A stretch of 64,000 nucleotides of DNA. Origin: Guillardia theta CCMP2712 (Eukaryota > Protista > Cryptophyta). Each line of letters opens with the position of its first letter. The first letter of the stretch is position 1. Shown in pieces: positions 49,401-60,897 of the stretch. The notes under the pieces were generated by a model that was not told where the DNA came from, did no database searches, and saw nothing but the letters and a program-made list of their open reading frames with translations. The stretch is taken from the NCBI RefSeq assembly GCF_000315625.1, contig NW_005434597.1, positions 113,912 to 177,911 on the forward strand, written 5' to 3'. A program made the position numbers and the translations under genes.

Positions 49401-52400
49401 AATTCGTCTTCTGTTTCTATACAGGGTAAGACTTTTGACTGGACCCTTTCGACCATCACTTCGATACTTTTACTGAACAGATCTGATTTGGACAATCAGT
49501 ACGTGGGGTTTGTTGGAGACAGTCAAAACGGTTCAGGGGATGCTGTGTATGATTATTTGACGTTTCCATTACGTATCGATTATCCACTCACATATATATC
49601 TTCCATTCATCCATCTGAAGGATTGTTTTATGGGTTTGGAGTCCTCATCGTTGTGCGGGGTGATATTCAATGGAAATCCACTTACCATGTGTACTCCTTG
49701 GATGGATCTACTCAATCTACCCAGATGGACTTGAATGCAAACGATGAGGGGTATGCGGCGTTTTCATTCTTCTCCCCTATGCTGCCTGTTGAATGCGGAC
49801 AATCGTCTGTTACAAAGAGCTTTGTTATCGATGAATTGAGTCTTGAGTTTTCCTTGAAATATCACTCTAGTTGTTCAATGTTTGCATCAAACTTTGTCCC
49901 CAAACAAATGCAGCTCTATAAGCATATTCGTGCAAACTTCTCTTTGTTTAATTACCATAAGAACATTTCAAGCTTCAAAGATTGCAACCTCACTTTTGTC
50001 AACAACTCTATTCTTTGGAAACAGTTTACAAATGTGAGCTTCAATGGAAATGTTGCGGATTGCTGTGGCATGTTGGTAAATCAGAATCGAAGCGAAATCT
50101 TAATGGAATGTCAAATTCCTCCGCTAAAGCATTTTGAGAGTGAGGTTCAAATTGCTATTGATTCTGTGGTCCTGACCAAATTGCCGACTGTCGGGGAGGT
50201 GTTAGTATCTCGTCCATACTTGTCATCCAGTGCATTAGATTTTGATAATTTTGCCAAATTTCTTTATGTACCGGACTACAGAAAGCAGGCAAGCGGGCCA
50301 ATAACGGTCAATGCAACTTTGAACCACTTGGTCATGGAGATAGAAGGGTTTGGAACAGACTTTGCTGGAGTGACAGATTTTGATGTCAGATTTTCATGCA
50401 CAGAGCTTGGATACACCATTAATACCTTTAACCTATCCCTCGTCTTTCAGACAAGCTCAAGAGTACGGCTCACGGGTGCGGTAGACTTCACGAGAACCCA
50501 AGCATGTCTGTACACATTTGCCGTGTCCATTCATGGGTACCTTGCTTCATCTTTGCAGGATTCAGTATTCGTGTTTGGTCCGTCATTCCAGCTGGCAAGG
50601 CCAAACACGTGCATGCCTGCAGTGGTTCGACGGATAGAACCATCCTCTGTCATGTGCAACTATATGCAGAAGGTGGCAGTATTTCTCGAAAATTTTCCAC
50701 AACATTACGATCTATCTGATGTGCACATATCTATCAGAAATCAGACGATGGATTTTGTATTGACGCAGCAGTCATCAGGCATTTCAGTATTTACCATAAC
50801 TGTTCAGTATGTGATTTGTGGATACCAAACTATCAAAATATCAATGCTTTCCCGAAATTGTACTTTCTCGACGTATAGCACCTTGTTTCTTGAGGATCCA
50901 ACCTTGCAAAGCTTTTTGACCGTGGAACCATCCTTCATATACTCACAGAACCAATCGAGTAAAATTTCCCTCAGGTTTGGGTACACATGGACCTCAAGGC
51001 CAGCCGAGTTTCAAATCTTTGTGGGGTCCGAGCGAGTGCAGGACTTTCAGCCAAGCTTGAGTGGCTCTGAAGTCACCCTTGAAGTTTCGATTCCTCCGTT
51101 GAAGGGAGGGCTCAATGTATCGCACATCGTCCTGGTCTCAACAGAAGATGGCTGGACGTACGTGGGGGAGTTGCGAGTGTTGGCCAATCCTCCCGTCCAA
51201 TGCAACATTTGGTCTCTCACAAGCCTTGGGAATCACACTTATTATGCTGTCATCTCTGACCTGCCAGTTGTCACTAATTCCTCCTCCCTTGAAGCATTCA
51301 TTGAAGGCTCCACCAACGGAAGGTCGATTCATGTGTGGGTTGAGGAGAGCTCAATTGTAAGCAATCCCTACACTACCTCGCTGTTGTTTCACGTCAACCT
51401 TGACTATAAGGGCGCACCCACCTCGAACAAGACATACGTGAACTCATTCCCTGCGTTTACCTTGCGGTACAAAGAGCACTTTTGTAAAAGCAACATCAGT
51501 ATAGACATTCCTTCAATGTATGTTATGTCAGCAGTTCACAACGTAAGTTGTTCTTCCGACGAAGCAATTCTGACTGTCAGACACATGCCATTCGTAAATT
51601 CCTTGTATGAAGTCATTGTCTTGAATGCAGCAGGAGATATTTTTGTGCCGAATAATTTGTGGCATGACATGTATGATGCGTCCATTACCTATCTTCAAAT
51701 TCTGCAAGGAATCGCATCGTCAAACAGCATGTTTCATCTGAAAATAAATGGATCGGAAATGTACTCGACATCTTTTCAATCGCAACCTTCGAACAACCTC
51801 TGTGCTGTATATAGGGCTCCTGGGCCGTTTCAGAAGCTAAAGCAAGTCCTTCCCTCGATTGGACCGGCTTCGGGGGGATACCATGTGGCCTTGATGTTCG
51901 AAGGTTCCATTCCTAGACAAGACATCATTCCGAGGGTTTGGTTTGGCAGTACGGAGGCTCAAGTGGTCAACATCTCCTTGCACATGGATGGAAATTTCAT
52001 CATGACGGTTGTTTCGCCTCGTCAAACATCTGTCGGTCTGATAGATCTCAACATATTGCTTCAAGACCAGCGCTTGCAATCACAATTGATACGTAAAAAC
52101 TTCATCTATACCGAAGCTATTACAATGCACGTGATAGCTATCGAGCCTTCCGAAGGTAGGCAATATCAGCCTCTGATTGTACAGATATTTTTGCGAAACA
52201 TTGTAGATACGTCGATAGAGAAATACAGCGTTGTTTTCGGAGAACGGGTTCAGCTCATTCAGAACATAACCTTAATGGCAGAAGACCGAGCAACTTTAAC
52301 CTGCGAAATAGTGCCTTTTTACCCTGAGCTTCAGGTTGGAACAATATATTTCTATGATACTTCCATTCAATCATCATCGGAGTTTTCCTTTCTTGTCAAA

Positions 52401-55400
52401 CCTCATAGCTACATCGAACAACTCGTGCCAAGCACGTCAGTCTCGTACACTTGGACTAAAGTGAGTGTTTTTGCTGAGAACTTTCCATGGGGCACGCTTC
52501 AACTTGATTCCTTGATGGCTCGTGTTGGCGATGGGTTCGTGTATGTCGAGAGTGCCTTGAACATGTCTGAGAGTAAGGCCCTCTTTCAAATCTCGACGCC
52601 TCCTCGTCCCTGCACATTTGAGCTTTGCAAGAGTACTTTGAGTATTGTATCCAGGGATCAGCCTGAGATCTCAATAATTTCTTCTTATCATTACTATGAA
52701 AGCTCCATACCAATAATAGTTGAAATTTCACCCAAGCGCTTGTATTCATCAATGTCCGGAGTTCCAATCTTCGTTACTCTCAGGAATTTTCATTACACAA
52801 GCAATATTGCAGAGCTCAAAGTTTGGTCTCTTCACAACCTATTCACTCTATCAGAAATTTTCTACTCTGATCCCTACACAACCACTTTGAGGCTCAATTT
52901 CTCGTTGGGTAACAATACCATCCAGAGAGAAGAATTGTTCATCCTGCACAAACTATTCTCTGGTATGTTTGTTTCAGCTTTGATCGACATCTATATTCCT
53001 TTGCCCACCATTCTTTCTGTCTATCCAAAAGAGATCTGGAAAGACCAGGAAACTACCGTTGTTCTCATGGTAGAGAACTATCCATACTCCACATCATTCA
53101 TGTTGAGAAATTTTGTATATGAACGCGTGCGGTCGCCAATCCAACCAAGAATATCACTAGGAAGTGTCGTGATATCAAAGTATGACATTTACGAGATCAG
53201 TCAAGGATTCAATAACACTGTCCAACTTTCCTTCACGGTGTTGTTTTCCGCACTGGGACCAAACACCATTCAGATCTCCCACTTTCAAAACCCTTTTGAG
53301 AGCATAACTTCGTTTGATGTGTTCGTGAAAGATTCGAGTGAAGTCTTGTTTAAAAGCTCGGAAGCGTTTACAGTTTTGAGCTGTTGCTCAAAGCTACTCT
53401 TGGATGTTGTCAATGCAGTCCATGCTGCTTCATCTACAGCAATTTTGAACAACAATTATGTTCCATTGTCAACGTTAAAAAATTATGGAGAATATTCCAC
53501 AATTCAACTTGACCTTCCGACAGTGCCAAATGCAGGGATTCACGTGTTGACAATCCTGTCATTCCCACAGATAACACAGGCATCGCTTATCGCAAGGGAG
53601 ATTCCTTTGATCTACATCCAGGGGTGCGACTTGCACTCCTTCTGCACATCTTGGGATATGGTAGTAGGATTGAATGTCAAGACGCTAATTGAACCTTTGT
53701 CTAATTGTGATATCCAATATTGCGATGTTCCTTCAAAGATTCCTGAGCTCAGGATTCTGAGTGTTGAGAAAAGCTATGGTGTAGTGCAAGAAGCGTTTTA
53801 CAACAAGATTGTGGTTGAGAACCTGATTTACATCACTAAAGCAGATGTGTGGGTGAGATGTAATGAGTTGAATATACCCATCGTTCAGGTCTCAGAATTG
53901 CTGGATCAGCGGACTTCTGTGATCTTGCAATATCCTCCTTATCCAGCTAGTCAGACACTCGAATGTTTCATTTCTTCCCAGATTGACATTGAGAGGTCTG
54001 CGTCATTCTCTGTCAACCTTCTTTCGATTTCAGATTTGAACAAGATTACGCTATTACCGTCGCCATGCATTGCAAATGCCCTCACAACCTTTACAGTCTA
54101 CATCGAACACTGGATCTCGTTTGTTCCAGACAGAAAGATTGTCGTGAGTGAGATAAACCATACGCAAGTCATAGAAGCATGGTATGATTATGGTACTCTG
54201 ATAAAACTTCAGTTTGAGTGGTACTGCAGCAATTCCACAATCAATATCTCCCAGAATGGCTCGCATGAACAATTATCCGTCAATCTGCAGGCAATTAAAC
54301 CATATGTGGTTTCGATCTTTCCTAGTGTCGGGCCGGCTGTTACGGAGACAGTTGTTTACCTGACATTGGCATTTCAGAGCGCTTGGATGCCAGCCGTCCA
54401 TCTCAATAGTTCTTATAATCAAAGCTTCACAAATCTGACTGCGATCTCTACAGCTCAAAATGGAATTTTTCTCCAAGTAAGCTTCAAGATGCCGAAGATT
54501 GTTCTTGCTGATGGTTTGTTGTCTGACTCATGGAGAATATTCCTTGAATTCAAACAGGAGAATGAAATCTTCGAGACTCAATTCCTCGTGCAAGACATCA
54601 ATAAGATACCGATCTTTCAAACCATGTCCGATCCCAGTGGAAAAGAGGAGATTCTTTTGTACATGAATGGACCTCGTGACCTTGTAGAAAAGTATTTGGT
54701 GTATGTAGTTGGAAATCAAAATGAGTCAATCTTAGAATTCATACCTATGGGCTCTCAGTATTTCTTCCGTCTTCCAGTTGTCAATTACACCCATTTGAAT
54801 GACCCGGTACCTGTTCAAATTTATGACAGTGCTCAAGCGCTGAACTTAGCTTACTTTGTGTATAAACCAAGGTTTGCCAGTCTGTTGAGTGTCATTCCAA
54901 GCTCTGTGATCATCAATAGAGTTGTCACGGTTACGTTGAACGTCAGCAGTCTTTTCTACGTCTCGAATCGTACGGGCACATTGAGGATACTTGTCGGCAA
55001 TGAAATGGCTCCGGATTGGAAGGTCATCACCTCCGATCATTATTACACCACTCTCAATGTAAGCGTCCCTCCTCTGTCGAATGTTGCCTCAACCTCGGTC
55101 ACCGTTGAAGATTTATTGACGCGACAGTCGTGGTCTACGGAATTCTTAGTAATGGCTGCACCCAAAGTAGTAGAAGTTATTCCGTCTAGAGGTCCAGAAT
55201 CTGGGTTTCAAGTGACGGTGACTGGACAGTACTTTCCCGAAGTCTACGACACTCGAAACGTACAGATACAATGTTCCAACAAGCAAGGGAGAGTGGAAAA
55301 GGTCTTTTGGTCCACCATCTGGTTCACAGCCATATTGGACACTCCCTTGTTGACAGGAAACACCCGAACGAGTTGCAGTTTGTTGCTTCATGGTGGTGTG

Positions 55401-58400
55401 ATCGATCGTTTCAACCTAAGCATATACCAGAACCCCACCGAGCTGTTGAGATCTGATCAAACCGTAGCGATCAATAATACGCTTAGAATTGACCTTGATG
55501 TTCAGAACGCTCCAGAGAGCTCAGCAAATGCCATACTTCAATTGCAAGTATTGAACTCTCAAATGCAGTTGTTGGGTGGCGCAAAGATTCTATCATATGT
55601 TGCTGAAAGCCTGGCGATAGAGCTTCCTCCATTAGACTCCGGGCACTACATTTTGTATTCAAGGCAGCTTAACGCAAGGAATTTACTTCCCTTCGTCGTT
55701 CCAGACCCGTCATCTCCATCCATTACAAGAGTGAATCAAGATGTCGGCTACTCCTTCATTCTGACCCTGAATGGAGCTCCTATTTCAAATGAGTACATTG
55801 TGAAGTGGTCGAATGTGTATGGCACTGTATTAGAAGCAAAACAAGTGAATACTCAAACAAGTTTACATTTATACTTTCCTGCCAGACCTTCCCTTGATAT
55901 TTCTGGAAGTGTATTCGAAGTGTGTTCGAGGCTACAACCAAAATTCCATTACATCATTGGCTATGTTTGGAATAATTGTTTTACCAAACAAGCTGTTCTA
56001 GATGCCCATTTCACAACCATTCATCTTGAAATCTCAGAGGAATGCAAATACGTGGGGTTATCTTCTGATTGCCTCACCCTGTTCGACTTGGATTCGCAGA
56101 TTAGCTTCGGCTCTGGAAGTAAATGTCTCATGGATAATGCTCATACCTTGACAGTCTACCTCGGCTTGGATTCTTCCATTTTGCCTGGACACAAGGGAAA
56201 GCTGTTCGAATATTTGCCACCTATTGCAGACCTGGATGTTGTACAAGTTCCTATTGACTTCGTGGTGACCACAGAAGGTGTTGTCCTGCCGCCTGTTGGA
56301 GAGTTGTGGGGTTCTACTGTCATAGGACCGAATGACATGGCATCCATTGGTTTTGTCGGCCCTTCAATGCGCATTCTTCAGTATGAATGGAGGTTCATAC
56401 CATCATTCAACACTAGTAGTAGCTCACTGCAAGCAACGTTCAACACTTTAATTGGAATTCATGAGTCGACGCTATCAGTGCCAGCATTTCTCCTTGGATC
56501 AGCATTAGAATACATCTTTGAGTTACGAGTGACAAACTTTCATAACAGAAGCAGTTTGTTCCGACATTCTTTGCGTGTCGTTCCGCTGTTTTTTCCAAGT
56601 TTAATTTTGCAGTATCCTTCAATAGCTCAAAATTCAACGAAAGTTGATGTGATCGCAAAGTCATCATGTCAGGGATATAGCTGTATCTTACAGACCCAGA
56701 AGTTGAACTCAATGTCGTTTGTTGTGGAGGAACTTCTGTACCCAATGCACAAGAAATTCTTCTACTCCAATGAAACACTGACATTTCCTTCAGACGGTTC
56801 AATTGCCAATGAGTACAGGATCAAACAAGGAGGGCTGTTCACAATTGATTGGTCTCATTTCGGTTCTATCGATCTCAAACAAGAGGGTGCAAGTGTGCTG
56901 CCTCGGAACTTTGTTAGAAATGGGTATCCGGTGCTAGTCGATGGCAATGGTACTCTGATTCGACTGGAGCTTTGGTATAAATTTGATCTTGCAACTGGCA
57001 TGGTCAATGACTCCAGTGGAAATGATTTCAATGCATCGCTTAGTTACGGCATGAAATATTCAACTCAAGGAATCAAAGGAACGAATTCTGCCATCTTCCA
57101 GACTTCGTTGGATTCGTCTTTGCAAATTTCGATTGACTTGGATCTTCAGCAAAATGTGGGTTACTCCATTGCTGTTTGGATCATGTTCACAGTAAAGTCT
57201 GGGAGAAACAGTGTAGCAATCAACTTCGGGAATGAAGCTGGGACTAGCAGGTTCATCATTGGCAGGTATGAAGACTCTCAGTACCTCATCTTCGGGCTGT
57301 TCTCGGGAAACCGATCCGTGCTGAACCTTACTTCCTTTCCGGGGATAGATGACCAGTGGCATCACTACGTTTTGTCCCTTCTCCCCGGAGCAGAACCCTC
57401 AGGAAACAACTCCGTGACATTATGGATAGATGGGAACGAATATTTCACCTCTCGGACGGTCCCCGAATATGTCAACTTACTTTCAGGTTCCCCAAGGACG
57501 TGGTTCCTAGGCAAGCCTGCACGGTGGACTGACATGTCGTTTGACGGACAAATGGACGACTTGCGTTTGTATAGGCAGCCATTGACCAACTCGCAAGTGA
57601 ATATACTCTTCTACGGGAACTTGTATCATCTCCGCTACTTCTACACAAACCAATCAAACATTGTTGTCAGCAATATTGGAATCTCTCGCCTTCCTGGTTC
57701 CACTGTAGATCAAGAATCATTCCTTGCTTCACTTTCGTCTTCAATCGCTACATCTAGGATAGAGTTCAACTCCACTAGCTCACAATTCGCAGTGAACAGC
57801 TCAAGAATTGCCACGAATCTCAGCTACAGTGCTGAAAGTTATGACTTTCAAGTAGGAATAAGCCGAGCATACTCGCCCTTGTCCTTTCAGCTACCGGGAA
57901 AGATCCGAGTACTGCCAGCAGATGCCCATGCAATCATCCGTGTTGACAAGCCATTGGCTACATCAAAGCATATCATCTTGAACGGCTCACTTTCATATGA
58001 TTCTCAAACGGGTCCGAGCTCTGTTGATTACAATCTCGAATGGAAATGCTTTGAACAATTCTCAAAGTGTCTATTCATGAACGCTCCTTATTCTGGAGCA
58101 GTTTTGAACATATCAACGTTGGCTTTACAACCTAATACACGATATGAATTCGAGTTGCGCGTCAGTACTTCTGATGGCAGAGAATCAAGTTGCTTCGTCG
58201 AAATTCTTGCTGACAGCAATCGCGGTTTGCAATTCTTCACGATCAGCCGAGTGAATTTGAGTGAAGTGTGGGATCGATTCGAAGGCAACGTGAGCATCAT
58301 TCTTGTCGACTCTCAACATCCCGTGCTGAGCCTCAAGGAAGTAGGATACTTCCCTCCTCTACACGAGATGGCCAACTTGATCTCCTTTTCATCATTGCAG

Positions 58401-60554
58401 GCCAACATCGCTTCATTCAAGCTGCCTTTCATCGACGGATATCAAATACAGGTGAAACCTATGAGGTATCGACTTCCCGGACTCCTTACTTCTCTACTTT
58501 TCCTTGATAAATCTCTTACTCAATTGCGACGAGGTGTGTGCAACATTTATGAGGATTCATTCTATATTTCAAACCTCACCGTCCCTGTTTCTGGCATTGC
58601 TGTCGAATGCTCTTCTTTCTATTCCCGAGACGTGCCTTTGACCTACAAGTTTGCCGCTGATCTGAATGGAAAGCAAATGAGCTTCTTGCGCACCTTCGAA
58701 CCCACTTTGGTGTGGTACATCTTTCCTTCAGGAAATCTGCAAATGACTGTCACTGTACAAGATTCCAAGGGTGCAATCCAGCAAGTGAAAACAAACCGTG
58801 TAGCAATCAATGGCTCAAGAACTTTGATAGACATCTCTAGCTACTCAAGCACATTCATTATGGACTTTTGGCTGGTCTCACAGGATTATCAATCTACATT
58901 ACAATACATCTTTGTCGCATGCATTCAAGGGTTGAACTCTGATTCTCTAACAGTCGTGTTACAGTCTTTGAAAGGAATTGCTGGCGTCCTCATTCAGTCC
59001 AATTCCTTTGATCTTGCAGTGTTGGAAGCACTGAATCTTGTTATTGAAACTCAACAAGCATTTGGGATGATTCACTACCAACTTCTTTTAGACTTGTTAA
59101 AGGGAATTTCATATTCTTCTGTGTTGGGCGGTGTTATCACGTTTCAAAATGCTGAGTTGGTGGGAAACATCAGTTCTCAACTTGTTCGACTTAGTCAAAA
59201 ATCTGCTCAGAATCCTGACATTCAGAAATATATTTTGAATGCTGCCATTTTGTTCTTGCAAACTTGCTTCTCCGTGTTAAATTACAGTGATTTAGTCATG
59301 AGTCCATTGTGTAGTTACAGCCCCACAGTCACGACTTGTGTGAGGAATTTGTTTTTTCAAAGCGATTCAGTGATAGACATTGCGCAAGACCAAAAAGCCT
59401 CCATCACGCTGACACAGGAGGTGAACGCGTTCCTGGTCTTCAATTACTTGCCCAACACACAAGGCATGCCAGGATCCATCGTGTCAGGGTTGCTTACGTT
59501 GTCTCTCGTTGACGACAAGGTTACAGGCGCCTGCTCCACCTCTCCTTGTTACTTCGAGCTTGAACTACCAGCCGATGTCTCGCACCTCCCGCCCTCTATG
59601 CAGGATCAGTTCTTTGCTGGTACAGGAGCTGTCTGCGGCACTTGGAACAAGGCAACGGGAGGTGCTTCTTCCAGCAACTGCAATCTCATCTCAACGACGA
59701 GAAGTTTGAACATGTGGGGTGAAAGCACGGGCTACGGTACAGTCAAGTGCATGTGCCGCCTCCAGGATGGAACATTTGCTGCTATCATAAACGCCTCGCA
59801 TACTAAATTTGTTGCTCCGTCGCCCATATCCAACGATGTCTACATGTTGCATTCGGGCAGCAATCTTGCTGTCGACTTGTTCGTTCAGTCCGTGGGGATT
59901 CCAATCATTCACGTGATGGACAACATGGCGCAGGTTGCAATCTCTCCCGAGAAATCCGTCGTTGTGAAAGACTGTGGGTGCTCGTTGTATCAATTCAGGT
60001 ACACAAACTTTCAGTTAAAGACTCAGAATTTTTCTCTAGCCTTCTACCTGATCGATGGCAATGCCACCAGGGAAACCATCTCGCTCTTCGTGCAAGTTCT
60101 CTTCTGCCAGGATGTACTTCTCCCCGGGCAGAACGTGATCGACTTGGCGCAGAGACACCACTTAGATTGGCAAGCTCTTCTTACCCTCAACTCTGAGATC
60201 CTGAACCCCAAAGAGATTTATTTACAGCCACCACGAAGGCTGTGGACCTGCTCAGAAACTTTGCAAGACTGGGGCCACTGTAAGCTCGAAGGGCTCACGG
60301 GGTTTGCCATCTTGCGCATAGGAAAGATCCACCGCATCCATGCTGAGAGACTGCTAGGAGTCATTCACAGCTACCGAGCCTCGTTCACACAAATTGTGAA
60401 GAATAACGTTGGTCGTCTTGGCATCAGTAAGAACATCACAGACTTCTCATCGTATGAATCAATGGTTTTGAATTCAACAATTGCCAACAACATAGCACCT
60501 GAAGGTGAAGAAGTTTGTATCGTCTCTGACTTATCAGATGTTTGTTACGTTTAG
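25439..60554 (+). CDS. Giant (~11,670 aa) secreted multidomain protein, polycystin-1/REJ-GPS-like ectodomain ending in LysM-like domains; exons 25439-28430, 28485-42392, 42436-60554
   Basis: ORFs of 1009, 4614 and 6047 aa join in frame via introns 28431-28484 (GT..CTGAC..GCAG) and 42393-42435 (GT..CTAAC..GCAG). Exon sum 2992+13908+18119 = 35,019 nt = 11,673 codons including the stop. Signal peptide MLLLYILASLLLFHAQPA. Domain motifs are listed in the findings. Confidence 0.88.
28431..28484 (+). other. Intron 1 of the giant gene (54 nt, phase 1)
   Basis: CAG|GTGATG...CTGAC...TTGCAG|G. It removes the in-frame stop at 28466-28468 and restores an open frame into the 28580 ORF. Confidence 0.85.
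42393..42435 (+). other. Intron 2 of the giant gene (43 nt, phase 1)
   Basis: CAG|GTCCC...CTAAC...TTGCAG|TG. Removal shifts exactly from the ORF2 frame to the ORF3 frame (YLP-V-LLQSR). Confidence 0.88.
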
Positions 60555-60621
60555 CTTTGGATAAAAGTTGTTGTTTCGGTGTTCGTGAATAAAAGCTAAA
60601 TCAACCCAAGTCGTCAGCAGG

Positions 60622-60679
60622 TGCTACTCTGTCGCTTAATCATACTTTCATGCTACTCTGTCGCTTAATCATACTTTCA
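60622..60679. repeat. Perfect 29-bp tandem duplication (TGCTACTCTGTCGCTTAATCATACTTTCA) x2 just 3' of the giant gene
   Basis: Two identical adjacent copies at 60622-60650 and 60651-60679. Confidence 0.92.
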
Positions 60680-60897
60680 ATATCAAACAAGTGATCTAAT
60701 TCATAATCATCCGAATAGAGCATTGGTAGTCTACACGTTTAGAGATACACTGTTGTAAATGACAAAGTTTAAGTTAATACTTGACACCCAAACTACAACT
60801 GCGCACAACTTCCTTGTCTACAAATCTAAATCCATGAGAAATCTTCACGTTGACCGCACTTCTTGCAACTCCTCGAAGCAAGACTGATCGCATTCAT

